Origin: Basidiobolus meristosporus CBS 931.73
Taxonomy: Eukaryota > Fungi > Basidiobolomycota
Assembly: GCA_002104905.1 (NCBI GenBank)
Contig: MCFE01000661.1
Span: 1-49,064 of the forward strand
Direction: 5' to 3'
Length of the DNA: 49,064 bases
A program made the position numbers and the translations under genes. The number at the start of each line of letters is the position of its first letter. Positions within the stretch are counted from its first letter, which is position 1. The notes under the pieces were generated by a model. It ran no database searches. It was not told the DNA's origin and was given only the letters and a program-made list of their open reading frames with translations. Positions 11,787-24,019 of this stretch are shown here, piece by piece.

Positions 11787-14367
11787 GAGGGAGAAGGGGG
11801 ACTGGTTAGTAATAAGAGGGAGAGGGTCCTTCGAACCAATTGAATAGGCAAAAGCAAAGTGAGGTGAAGTGGAGTGAACCAGGATGAAGCTTGGGATGAT
11901 GAACGGACGTTTGCTGGGATATATTTATAACCTACGCGATCAAATTTTTGCAAGAATGTGATGTCTGTGGCTCACATAGTGGACTACTAGTATCACGGCA
12001 CACCCACCATGTACAATCGAAGGATTACACGAAAAATTCGGACGGTCGGCAAATAAGGAAAGAGTGGTTTCAGTCCTACAATCGGTGTCTTTTGTTTACA
12101 GAATTTCGACGTAAACTCCGACTTGGTACAGTGCTTAAGAACTACCTAAACAGAGCATCGTGGCTGATGCCCTCGCTGAATAACGTTATCTGGATTAGCC
12201 AATGTTCGGAGCATCTGCCTTCTATATCCACATTGATTCAATGGTGATTTGATTTCTAGAGAGAGATATACACCCCAATACACCCAAGGCCACGGGAAGC
12301 TAGCCTCTGGCGGAGGACGCTCATGTTTGGAGGGTTCAAATCGCCTCTAGGGGGTCTTTTCATCTGCGAAGTACCTGGTTTATTTGCAGAGGCGAAAAAT
12401 AGAGTTGTATATTTTTGTCGAGACTTGGCCATTTGCCAAAACCATTCTACTCCTATGGGGTACTCTAAAAGGTTTGGTAGCAGAAAACATGAATAAACTT
12501 CTGGATCTTAAAGTGCTATTTTCTGGGCAGGGTCCCGGTTCAAATTGGAAACTCTGTTGGTCGCAAGCCACACTCCAGGTCGAGATTGTACTTATCCGGC
12601 CAATTCCCAAACATCTCCACAATATCTTTCCAAAACGGGATCAGATCTATGAGCCGCTTACTCCGTTGCGATTTCTCTAAAGCGAAATAATGATTCTAGA
12701 GATGCTCGGAGGCTGTGATCTTTTTACCCAATTCCAAGAGCCAGGAGTTGAAGTGATCATTCGTGGCTAAAATGGGTGGTGGGCGGCCTCTTTGGTCAGT
12801 CTCGAGCAAATCGGCAGCCGGCTATTCCAATAGGTGGGAATTTGGATCATCAGACGATTCTATTTTACGACTGGCACTGACGCTCGAGAATTGGCTAGCT
12901 ACTTTCCCCTTAATGTTCGATAGTTGATGGAGTAGCCATATGATCCAACCAATGGTGATATACCATTTTGGCAGCTATTTTTTCAATGGAATCACTGATA
13001 TACCTATATATAGATAATGCAAGTTGGGTTGATTCTATCCGAAAAGCCACGCAGCGGAGCGCCTTTCATTCACAAAGAGCGGTACAGATATGGCTCTCGG
13101 CATTCCTCACGAACTGGCTAATCATCAATTGGAAACTTCGCATATTTTGTGTTTAATGGACTTCTCTGCATCAACACAGAATACGCAACCCTAGTCTCGA
13201 TAAACAATATAGCACCGATTGCATGTCATGGTACGTTAGGCAAAGCGAGTTCTCAGCGGTCCCCTTGACCCCGTGATACTTGCTCAGCGTGGATATCAAA
13301 TACACACCCCCACTCGCTACTCAAATACAACCTGCCCTCAAGCTTATTGGTGTCAACAGCATCTCAGGATCACGCTAGGGCTACAGTTGTTCTAAACTTG
13401 GTTGTATGCATTGTGGAAAATTCCGCCTTGATATGGTAAGGGCACCAATATATAGTTATAAATATAAATATCGATATACTTGGACAGCAATCTCAGCACT
13501 GAGCGTATTTCGAATATGATGGTGGTACATGCATCTTGTCGTTGGTACAAAATACGGCGGCATATTGATGCACGTGATACGGTGCCCTGAAACTGGGTTT
13601 TTGCGCAAGGAATATATGATTTATATATGCTGTGGTTGAGTTATTGTTACTAAACAGTACACCTCTCACCCGTTTGGCAAATTCCGTTTACTTGGGCTGC
13701 ATTCAAACTCAGATCCAGCTGATTTTTATTGGTAGATCGCACAAGCCAAGAGCTGGGCCAATTGAATGTAGAGATACGCAGCTGTTACCAGTGTATGGTA
13801 GTAGTATCTTGGAGATGGCTTTCTTGGTGCAATGCGAAGGCTCATCAGAAGATGCGCGGAGCCCAGAAAGGTATCCCGCCTCGACAGCTGGGTTCAACTT
13901 CTCTATCCTCACAGTTTGATTGTCCGCATTTGCTTGTTATACTGAAGTATAAAGGGTGGTACGAAACCTAGACATTCCGGAACTTATTGTTACATGACAG
14001 CAAATTCATGTGAGATTCAACATTGGGTGATCTACACCAAGCATTTGCCAAATGCCCCAAAACATGTATGGGATCACATCTATGAAATTCAGAGAATGCG
14101 CGGAGCGCTCTCTGAGAAACAGTGGCCATCCAGGAAATTATGAGGTTTGAATCATGCTGCCAGTTCAATTTTCAGTCTGGCCAATGGGGGGATTACGTAC
14201 GGGTTGACGCATTCAGCTATAAATACTAGGTATGAAGGCGGTTGTCAAAGAATACTGCATTTCTAACCCAACATCATTAACTTAACCCCCCAAAAGGGCC
14301 TTCTGTCCAGCATATCTTTAATTATCTAAGCCACACCTTTACTTTAGTTACCGTTAGATAAATACGC

Positions 14368-15561
14368 ATGGTTCGTATTGCTCCAATCAACATACCACTT
14401 CGGAGACGTCGCCAAACGACTGCCGTTGCATTCTGGGTCTACCTTCTCCCGCTGTGCCTTGGTTGTTTCTTGATTCTTTTGATTCCTACGCTGTGGCCCT
14501 TGCTTGCTATGTACCTTGCTTGGCTATATTTAGACGACGCACCTAGCACCGGCGGAAGGAGCTGGGAGTTCTGGAGAAGGTCTAAAATATGGAAATGGTA
14601 TTGTGAATTTTTCCCAGTAGCTCTGGTCAAAACAGAGGAGCTGGATCCATCGAAGAACTACATATTCGGTAAATCGATGCGTATTGTAGACCTTGCCTCT
14701 TAGGCGCAGCCACCCTGATTATTATTGTTTTTATTAGGCTATCATCCACACGGGATTATTGCTGTTGGTGCGTTTGCTGCCATTGCTACCGAAGGCGCAA
14801 ATGTGAGCGAAGTCTTTCCGGGGTTAAACATCCGTTTACTTACTCTGGACACAAATTTCAAACTTCCGTTCTATCGGGACCTGTTGTTGGGTCTCCGGGT
14901 GGCTTCCGTCTCCCGCCGCTCCTGCGAAAATATCTTACGGAAAGGGCCGGGACATTCATGCATGATTGTCGTCGGTGGGGCTACTGAATCACTTAGTGCG
15001 TTTCCTGGAACCAACGATCTTGTCCTCAAGAAACGGGTTGGTTTTGTAAAGCTGTCTCTGAAGACTGGGTAATGCTTTGCTCTTTACGATGTTTGCGTCT
15101 GTGATCCCACTGAATTCCAAGTTCTCTTAAGTGCATCCCTAGTCCCTGTGTTCGGCTTCGGGGAGAATGACATATTTGACCAAGTGGCCAGTGGACCAGG
15201 AACCAAGGTTCGCCATGTTCAGAGCAGAATCCAACAAATCTTTGGGTTCACCGTACCGCTATTCTACGGGCGCGGAATCTTCAATTACGATTTGGGGATA
15301 CTACCACACAGACGCCCGATCGTAGTAGTTGGTAAGATATATCCATCATCAGTTAGTGAGCACCCGTATGTGCCGCTGGAGTAACTTGCTTTTCAATATC
15401 TAGTTGGCAAGCCCATCGAAGTGGAGAAAATGGAGAATCCCACCGAGGAGGATATTAAGAAGTACCACGACCTGTACATCAAATCCTTGGAGGATCTATA
15501 CAACCAGTACAAAGACGTTTATGCAAAAGAGCGGGTTTCTGAACTTCGTTTCATTGCTTGA
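14368..15561 (+). CDS. DGA1: Diacylglycerol O-acyltransferase (DGAT2 family)
   Basis: Four exons. Motifs: [84 protein letters not shown]. TGA at 15559-15561. Confidence 0.96.
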
Positions 15562-17785
15562 TGCCCTGATATCATGTACAAACCTATGGATCCTCATGCT
15601 CGTAACCTCTCTGGTCTCATATCAGCTACCTTGAATCAATTAATTTCCCTACTTGACTCTCCTTCGCAAGCGATTTTTCATGCTTTTTACTCCATAGAAG
15701 CCTGAGCCAAGCCTCCTGACCATCAATTCTGTAAACATTATGTTTTCCCCTAGGTTGCATAAGTAAATAAACCACCAACTAGACCCATTGTGTAGTCTCC
15801 AAACATCTGGATTATGCTCATAAATGTATTAATCCACATATATTGTGGTGTCAAGGACTGCCTTAATCGTGGCTTATGGAAGCAGCAGGATCCCGAAAAC
15901 TACACAGTATCATTCAATGGATGTGCAAAAACGGTCTTTTTCTCAAGAGTGGTGGTGTGATGTGATGGCTTCACAGTGTTATGCCATTCGACCATATTGT
16001 GTGTGGGGGGGGGGAGGGTAAGTAGAAGACCATTTCATATGATTTATATATGATTCCTTTTATAGACTTGGCTACTCCTTTGTTTCTATAATTTCCATCT
16101 CTAATACTATTTGGGATCATCACGTTAAGTAGAATGAATTTGTGCAAATCTGCGTATTTCTGAGTAGGCTTATTGCTTATTGAGGGTGCGGTTTCTTGAA
16201 CAAGAACATGATGAGGTGGATAGTTCAGACCGTCCTATACAAGGTGATTCACTTACGAATATTTAATTTGAACCATCAAGCAATCTATGGTAATAGATAT
16301 CAGAGGGTACTTATAATATGTCAGACGTTTGAGTGTTTGCCTATAGAATGTTTATCAAGACCATTAGACAGTAGAAGTGGCTACCGATGGAGGATTTACT
16401 CGAACATATTCAACACTAGGCGGCGACATTACTTGAGCTGTTCTTATCTTCTCCTGCATATGTTTAACTGTAAACCAGTCTAATAACCGCAAGTCACCCA
16501 CGCCAAATCACCAATTTTGACTTCAAACTTGGTAGTAATGCCATTCATTCTCCAGTCTCCAATATTCCGTTGTAGCGAATAGCGAAGTTATACGCAGTCA
16601 AACATTTGGCTATCAAGTGCGTGATGTGAAATATGACATGTCCCACTTGTGCTTTTAGGATCATTTGGGCACGTCACCTTGATTAAGCAATTCAAGCACA
16701 GTTAGCGTAACACAGTCAGTACAGTTTCAGGCATGTACGGATCCCTTTCTTTAATGGAAAAGTGGATACTACTAGGACAATGAGTCAGAGGATGCTTCAA
16801 AACCTCTGTTTAATAGATTTTCTCACCCCCTCTTCCTACATCTCTCGATGCTCGCTTGATGTTCCCGAGGCGGACAGGCTCAATCGCACTCCCATTAGGT
16901 GAATCAGTCTCATTTCCTAGGAGCTTGATTGTTCGACCAAAGAATTCCCAGATAATGGCTGGTGGCTGGTGAGCGCTACAGACCTGAATGGATCAGAATG
17001 AAGCTATCGAATATTTTCCATGTTGCAAATGAAGAGTACATGATTCTGCACACACATACTCCACTTCTCCAGAACTAACGTGATTCACATCTAGTTTAAT
17101 GTAACCTTGCTCGGGGGATTGGTGGCTCAAAACAGAATCCAGCTTTCCCATTAATCATGGTCATGAGCGGAATCTCCGTAAGAGTCGTGATTCCCCACCA
17201 TTCATTTGTATGGTGTATACAATGGCTCCTCATGGGAATGTGTCTGATCGATTTCGAGCTCAAGACAATACCCACGCGACTGGCTGGCAGAGTGGGTGAA
17301 AAGGGAGTCAACCATGCGGTATTTGTGCCAATGAGACGACTGAAGAGAGTATAGGGTTGTCGAGGTTGAAGCTACAGCTTGAGTGGGATAATAAAACGAG
17401 CCTGGTACTGACGTTGTTTAGTAGCCCATTGTTGAATAATTCGCATTCATCCAATCCGATTTTGGACGATTTCAAAGGGACTAAATAAGGCCGACCTGAG
17501 GTGGGGTATTCATAAAGTTGAAGTGGTGCCTCTTTAGAATGCATTTACAGGTAATCCAAGCTCAGCCACGTTAATAGGTGTTGTCTTGTTGGATGGGGAA
17601 GGAGAAACACAACATCAAAAGAACGAAGAAGGAAGCGTTCATGTGTGAGGTCCTTCAAAACTACATTGTAGGTGTCAGGCGATGGAAAGAGTGCAGAGGT
17701 AACAGATGTGCGATGGTAATGAATATTTCCACAGGAGAATTTGATAAGTAGGGGCATTGAAGCATATAAGGAAGGTGCTAGGAAG

Positions 17786-19189
17786 TTAGGTGTCCTCATT
17801 CAGGGTGGGCAGGATGGCACTGTTTCTTTTCGAAGAAGGCTGAGAATTCTCTTTGTGGTGGGACTGTAGGCGCCTGGTGAAAGTGCTGACACGTGAGATT
17901 TTAGATAACGAGGCTCCAAATATAGCTGGTGCCGAAGGCGCTCTGACCGTGCGTTGACGTGGATTTCCAGTTGGCCGATCCGTAATAGGCGGCCCTGGCG
18001 GTAGATAGCTTGGTATTGGGGGTTGTGGGGGTAAGGCAGACATGGATTTACTATTCCCGTTCAGAGCACGCAATGTTTGGGGCCGAGTAAAAGGAATAGT
18101 GGATGCCGAATCACGCCGACAAGTGCCTACGAAAGGGACGATATTTGTGACATCCTGTTGGGTGAAGGGGATGCTGAAGCTGCCAGAGGAAGGTAGTCGG
18201 TTGTTGCAATACTTTGCCCGTATGACCGTCGCTTTCAGGGAGTTCAACCAAGTCTTAAGCGCGTCAAGGCTCTCCGTTTGGATATACCAGGACGGCTTCG
18301 AGGGAGATGTGATCTCCAATACCCACCGCTTCCCAGCGAATTTGTCCGTGACACAGGCTATTGTTTCTGGAGTAAGCTCGAGATATTCGTCCACAACTGC
18401 GTCTGGCGCTGACGATTTGAACCGGAAGAGGGTTGTAGGCGTAAGCACTAAAAACCGTTTCTTCCAGCTCTTGATTGAAAAAAAGGATGTACTGTTGAGC
18501 TTCAAAATCCAGCCAGCAAGGGTGGCAGCAATATAAACCTCACTGATTGTGGTGTTATTCTTGACAGGAATTGATTTCTGAGCCGGGCTAAAAACGTCAT
18601 TCGAGCCTTCAACGTGTCTGCCTCTTGAAACATCAGAGCAGGATTGGCTTCTGTTCAGTTGCCCACCCACTGGCTTGGCATACAGCGGTGTGGTTGAGCC
18701 CGATACACTCGGAGAAGGGACCTCTCCTTTGAGAACGTACGGCTGTGATATTGCGGTGTTTCCTACAGGGCTGTCGTCACGTTGTTGCTGAATTTTGACC
18801 AAACAATTCTCCAGCTCCCAAAGTAGGTGGTTGACCTTGGGCGAGAGTGAGTACGGATTTTCCTCCTCGTTTAGAGTGAATATAGCAGAATTGGCGGAGG
18901 TTTCGGATAGTGTAGAGTCCTGTGAATAACGACGGTCCTTGCGCCGTTGTAGGGAGATTTTCTCCAGGCTGTTCCGCAGGACCTCCAACTCAAAGGAGAC
19001 GTCAACAAGTGTGTGGCTACATCTGCGAGTTTTTTTGAACAAAGACGAGAATTCCTCGAGGTCATGCGTTTTGGCGTAGTGGGAGGAGGTGGTTGCTATA
19101 CATGAATCATCCTTGGCGTAATACAAATGTCGCTTGGTGATATAGGTGGAGGAGTCAATGGGACGGATGACGGCGAGTTCAGAAATCAT
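17786..19189 (-). CDS. PH-domain protein, intronless
   Basis: LAGWILKLNSTSFFSIKSWKKRFLVLT...LFRFKSS...WVLEIT...WYIQTES...LKTWLNSLK is a PH fold. First ATG at 19189; the ORF track starts at TTG 19234. Confidence 0.85.
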   Translation of the reverse strand: MISELAVIRPIDSSTYITKRHLYYAKDDSCIATTSSHYAKTHDLEEFSSLFKKTRRCSHTLVDVSFELEVLRNSLEKISLQRRKDRRYSQDSTLSETSANSAIFTLNEEENPYSLSPKVNHLLWELENCLVKIQQQRDDSPVGNTAISQPYVLKGEVPSPSVSGSTTPLYAKPVGGQLNRSQSCSDVSRGRHVEGSNDVFSPAQKSIPVKNNTTISEVYIAATLAGWILKLNSTSFFSIKSWKKRFLVLTPTTLFRFKSSAPDAVVDEYLELTPETIACVTDKFAGKRWVLEITSPSKPSWYIQTESLDALKTWLNSLKATVIRAKYCNNRLPSSGSFSIPFTQQDVTNIVPFVGTCRRDSASTIPFTRPQTLRALNGNSKSMSALPPQPPIPSYLPPGPPITDRPTGNPRQRTVRAPSAPAIFGASLSKISRVSTFTRRLQSHHKENSQPSSKRNSAILPTLNEDT

Positions 19190-20544
19190 AGATAGAAGCG
19201 AGGCAAGAAAAAGGAAATTGGCTCGTTGGAGCAATACCTATACAAAGCTCCCAAATGAGTGATATGTTACAGAAGTGAGTTGCGTGCACGGCGGTTGAAC
19301 CGAAGCAGTATGGGAAATAACAAAGCGTTCCGTAAGAGAACCCTATTACGCTTTCACTAAATCACAACACGACGCAGCTAGCGGCGAAGAATTTAGGTCA
19401 CAATAGGTCCTAAATACAGCGATGGTTCAATATTAAGTCAAGAGCGGATAGAGATTATATTCCAAAAAGTATAGAGTGTATCTCCATATGAGTATGACAA
19501 ATGAACTTACCGTGTAACACAGGCACACAATAATAGGATATGTTCTATAAAAAGCAGTATCAGTGTCAAATAGATGGGTCAATGGCTAGCAAGATCTTGG
19601 GCGTGATTGTGTGTACCAGAATGTATTGCTGAGGTACTGTAAAATATATCGTGCGATCTCAGCTGACCCACAGGGGTCGGTGGTCTGCTACTGCAAACGC
19701 ACCTCAACCAGGGAAGGCCTTCGCGGACATTAACTTGATCAGTGTATGCTAGGGGCAGTCGCCCAAACTCAGGTGAAACTGGTGAAGAGCGCACGACGGA
19801 TAAAGCAAGTAATTCTGATTCTGATTGAAACTGACCTAGGGCTGCCAGTGAGGTCTCTGATGGCTTCCAATCAGCTGCCACAGTGCCCAGTTGGGAATCA
19901 CGGCTAGGTCTGCTATCTCTCCCATGAAACCAGCGCTGCATCAGCAAGTTTCCAATGGTTGCATTGATTACGTTTGCTAAATGAGTCCCATCATTCCTGC
20001 CAAATGCTTATCTTGAGCAGTTGGCAAGTAGGATCTCCAGGCGTGCTCTGGAATAGCGCCTGGCTCAACTTGCAGGATAATCAGATGATAATCCTGTGCA
20101 AGCCCCGAATCCCGTGACGATCGATGATCGGAGGCTCCATCGGGTTGCCACACACCATCCCTCATTACTGATCATGGCGTTCTGGGTGCGCGCGGTTGCA
20201 GCCACTCCCTTTAACATTCGGGCCTACGCAGCCTGCAATTCCACGCCCATACGTGCTGCTTGACGGTGTGTCCAAAGGGTTGCCAAAAAGCCGAGGATCA
20301 CTTTAATTTCTCAACATGGAAAACGCAACAGGGTCTCAACAAAACAAGTAATCAAGACGTGGAGATCGGAACAAGTCAAATCACAGAAATCAAAAGTCTT
20401 CAGCCTGAGATTCAGCTGCAAGATAGCAGGAAACCTTGCAGAACACCCATCAGATAAGTGCACATGCTGGCCAATATCCGCAACGCACCGGCTATCACAA
20501 AGCTATTGGGCCATCATGGGTTGCGAGTCTCTATTTAACAAAGA

Positions 20545-20564
20545 TCGGATCGGATCCGATCCGA
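20545..20564. repeat. Perfect 20-bp palindrome TCGGATCGGATCCGATCCGA
   Basis: Self-reverse-complementary; extends to 20541-20568 with one mismatched pair. Confidence 0.95.
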
Positions 20565-20574
20565 GCTTGTTGGG

Positions 20575-22653
20575 TTATCTGAATGAGTTTGCTTGGCAGA
20601 GGCGATGGCCAGCCGGTGACTTGGCCCGGACCTTATCAATTCGGGGCTGCGGTGCGGCAGAGACCCGGAAGACAATTCCAAGCAGCTCGTTGACTGCATT
20701 AAGCGTCGTTTGGGAGGTCCGACGGTTGACTGCTGGGGCGTAGTGCAGGTCTTTTGTGTGGGTGCTAGCTACTGGAAATAACGACAACAATGACTGGGCG
20801 GTGGGCTTCAATGCCTGGGATGTACACTCTGCGTTACTAGGAATGTATTTAACCATGGAAACGTAAGCAGTGCTGGGCGGGTTCCCGAGCACAACAGGTT
20901 GGGAATGCGACTTCGAACCAGACTGGCTATTGGAAACGCGTGGACCGGTTTCCCGTGATGGGTCTGTATTCGTGCCGGAAGAATCAGTAGTGGGGGACAT
21001 GAGAGTGGAGGAAATGCCAAGTAGTGACTTGATTTGATCTTCTGCATTGGCAGGTCGATTAGCAGCTGTTTCATTTGTCGATGGGTTGCATTTGGATCCC
21101 TCGGTAAATAACCGACTCTTTGGAGTGTTTTCGTATCGCAATTCATCTGGATTACCTGGCATCCGCATCAGATTAGATATCGATTGGTTTGAACTGGTCG
21201 GCGTTCCACTGTTTGGCCTTTGCTGGGTCGGATAAAAATGGTAGGATGGTGGAGGCTGTGCGATAGACTGTGGGGGTTTAGGGACCGATATCCTCAGCAT
21301 GGATTTCGGCATGTGGTCCGAAGCAGTTTCACCTGGTTGTCTATTGGCTGTACTGGGGGTGTGGTGCGGCTGGTCCCTAGGAGTATGACTGTCACCAGCC
21401 TGATGATCATGACCATCTCTTTGCCCATCTACCATGCCAAGTAGAGATTTAATCTGGTGCTCCGCAGTAGCCTGTGCGTCCACTGTCGATATCCCGGAAG
21501 AACTTCGAGAGGATTTTAATGAACTTAATTGCTTGCTGGATTTCCCACTGTGGTTGTGATTGATCCACCCCTTCAGTTTCCTTGTAGAAGCTGGGGGTTA
21601 ATATCACCCTGATGTGCAGATTGGCGTAACAAAGCTTACGAAACAAAAGTAATGATCATATAGTATCGGTTTGTGGACTTTGCAACTTGCCCGGCCTCAA
21701 AGAGGTCAGCAAGGCCAGATTTAGCTCTGGATGCAGAAAGGCCCGAGATCTTATGCCACTCTATTTTCTAAATCCAACAAGGTTTGTATATCACGCGTAG
21801 TATGCGGAGTCGCGCAGCTTACACTGGTCTCCTTTCGCGTCAAAGGAATAAATACGGTTTTTTCGGGAACACCGGCGGCAATGAAGAGCTTGATTCTTTG
21901 TTCGTGAATGACGACCTCAATGAACTGTTTATCCTGGATATAAGGACTAATATCAAACCCGGTCTCCTCCAGAACCTGTTCAACCGAGTAGGTTTTGTCA
22001 GTTAAGGGCCAGACTGGGTAGTGAGGAATAGTTATTGATACCTCACGGATGGCGCAAGTGGAATCCTGCTCGTCCTTGTTGATTTTGCCTCTAGGAAATC
22101 CCCAACCAGACCGTGAAGTCCAGCCTTTCACAAGAAGGCACTAGTGTTTGGTCACTATAACTGTTGTAGGCGAATCGAGCGGGCGAAATGCTAATACCTT
22201 ATCCAACTTTTCGTTCAATATAATGGCACCGCAAACAGGCACCCGGAATTTGTATTGTAAAAAATCATTGTACGCCTTTTCATGCTCGTTAGCCCAATGG
22301 TGTAGTAATGAGCAATGCTGAAAAAGTAGCACTCGTTAAGGAAAACACTTTCGTGATAATGTTATGGGTATGAAAACATCATCGTAAAGGATGTTTTTCG
22401 CCGAGAAATTTCTGAGAGAGAACATGGGTAAGGCAGAGTTAATCTCTCTGACGAAGTCCTCGTAGAACCAGTGAGCTTGCTCAATCTGAAAGCAGATACG
22501 CGCAACTGAAGCAAGCTCCTCGTCCGGCACATTGATGATGAACCGGCTTCGAAACATCAGTTAGAACATTTGCACGCATTTATCCACGCGTTGGCAAGCG
22601 AACCTGCATAGATCGTCTAGAATCTCGGATAACGAGGTTTGCTCAAAATACAT
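20575..22653 (-). CDS. DCP2: mRNA decapping enzyme Dcp2 (BoxA + Nudix + disordered tail), 7 exons
   Basis: MYFEQTSLSEILDDLCSRFIINVPDEEL...ICFQIEQAHWFYEDF, YKFRVPVCGAIILN, and the Nudix box WGFPRGKINKDEQDSTCAIRE|VLEETGF; KIEWH, KLKGWI. Confidence 0.96.
22326..22394 (-). other. U12-type (minor spliceosome) intron in DCP2 with AC...AC termini
   Basis: 5' end ACATCCTTTAC; branch site TTTTCCTTAACG; 3' end GCTAC. Removal restores NFSAK-I-FQHCSLL, whereas retention hits an in-frame TAA. Confidence 0.8.
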
Positions 22654-24019
22654 ATCTTATCTGAGGGTAATAAAATTGTTTATTGCAAGTCAGGAAGGCT
22701 GTGTAGTGGTAATAACAAAAGTAATAGGGCCGAGGTCGAATAAGCGCCATGGTGAGAGAGTAGTCATTCGCAGTTTATCAGCCAGACTGCTTTGAAGACA
22801 CTTCATGTTTGTCCCAAACCTGGATATTCGGTCCCAATAGGCGGAATACCGTCAAAGAACACAGTGTTCCAGTATTCTCTGCTACTGGCTCAAATGCAAC
22901 AATCACAGACTCTAGATAGTTGAAGAAATCAAGATCCAAGTAATCTGGAGGATGAGTGAAACACCTTGCCAAGTATGCATTTGATTCTGCAATGATTCAG
23001 CTTGTCTTACTACTTCACCAGTCGCCAATGTGCGTTCAGTAGGATTTTGTTTAGCAATCTACCACTCAGAAGCACCACTGGTTTCATTGTGCGTTGTGCA
23101 CAGATACCTCTCTGCGAGAGGGGCAGTTTAGGAAATGGATACCACATAGTATGTGCCAGCTAATATCTTACATGCATGTTCAGCAGTATCAAAGCTCGAA
23201 TGCGGCGTGCAGACACTGACAAAGTAGGTGGGTAGTGTCGGGATTAATGGAAATAACAATACAAGCTACTGTTAGGTTTGGCTGAACTTCGAAAGAGCCG
23301 CACTTGAAACGACACGATCAGCCACACAACTTGATTCAGTATCGATCTTTTGAATGTTAAAGAAAGTTTTGGAACATTCGACAGTAACATATGTTCCCGT
23401 GAACCGCAGGAAACAAAGTGCTTGTTTCGGTATATTGGGAAAAGCTAGATCCAGTACCCTTGGAAGCCAGTCGGTCGAATACAGGGTCGTTGCTTGGCGG
23501 CAGACAAGCTATGCTGCACGACATAGCCTAACTGCAAGTAAGCGGACTTAATTAAATATCCAAGAGCGCTCGAAATGGGGTCGTCCATTGTTTGTCCAGA
23601 GAGATGGCGGGGATGTCTACACCCAAGAGACACCTGAATGCTTCCAGCCTGGTGTGATTGAGCTGAGGGGAGATCTTTTGTATTACCCGAGTTAAAAGAT
23701 CAACAACCATCCTTGTGATAGTTCAACCGCGCTTTGGATGGCTTGTTCTAGGAATGATGTCATGCGGCATGCTTCTCAAAACTCCATTAAGAGCGACAGA
23801 ATTGGGATGGTTGAAATCGCTAAGGGACCTGGTGTATAATATCCATCGAAATGACAAATCTTTTGATCGTGTATTGATGATATCTGGAAAATTTATAGCA
23901 GTAATGGTAATTGCTGACTCAGGAACCAGCCGCCTGTCGTTCGTGTATTTCTAGTATAACACAACCTGTTCATACCTACGTCAATTCACAATCTTTTAAG
24001 CTACTTCTTGATAGCCACC

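Noticed and set aside
12300-13970. Protein-like intergenic fragments (also 15800-16500, 19580-20500, 22780-23950, 25600-26300, 35400-36600)
   Set aside because: Stop density is near random, and no domain or mutual repeat was recognised.
16000-16020. (GT)n plus a poly-G run followed by GTAAGT
   Set aside because: Simple low-complexity sequence; no coherent exon could be built around it.
22654-24019. Divergent DCP2/PRP38B pair as an RNA-processing cluster
   Set aside because: Divergent pairs are common in compact fungal genomes, and I saw no shared motif.
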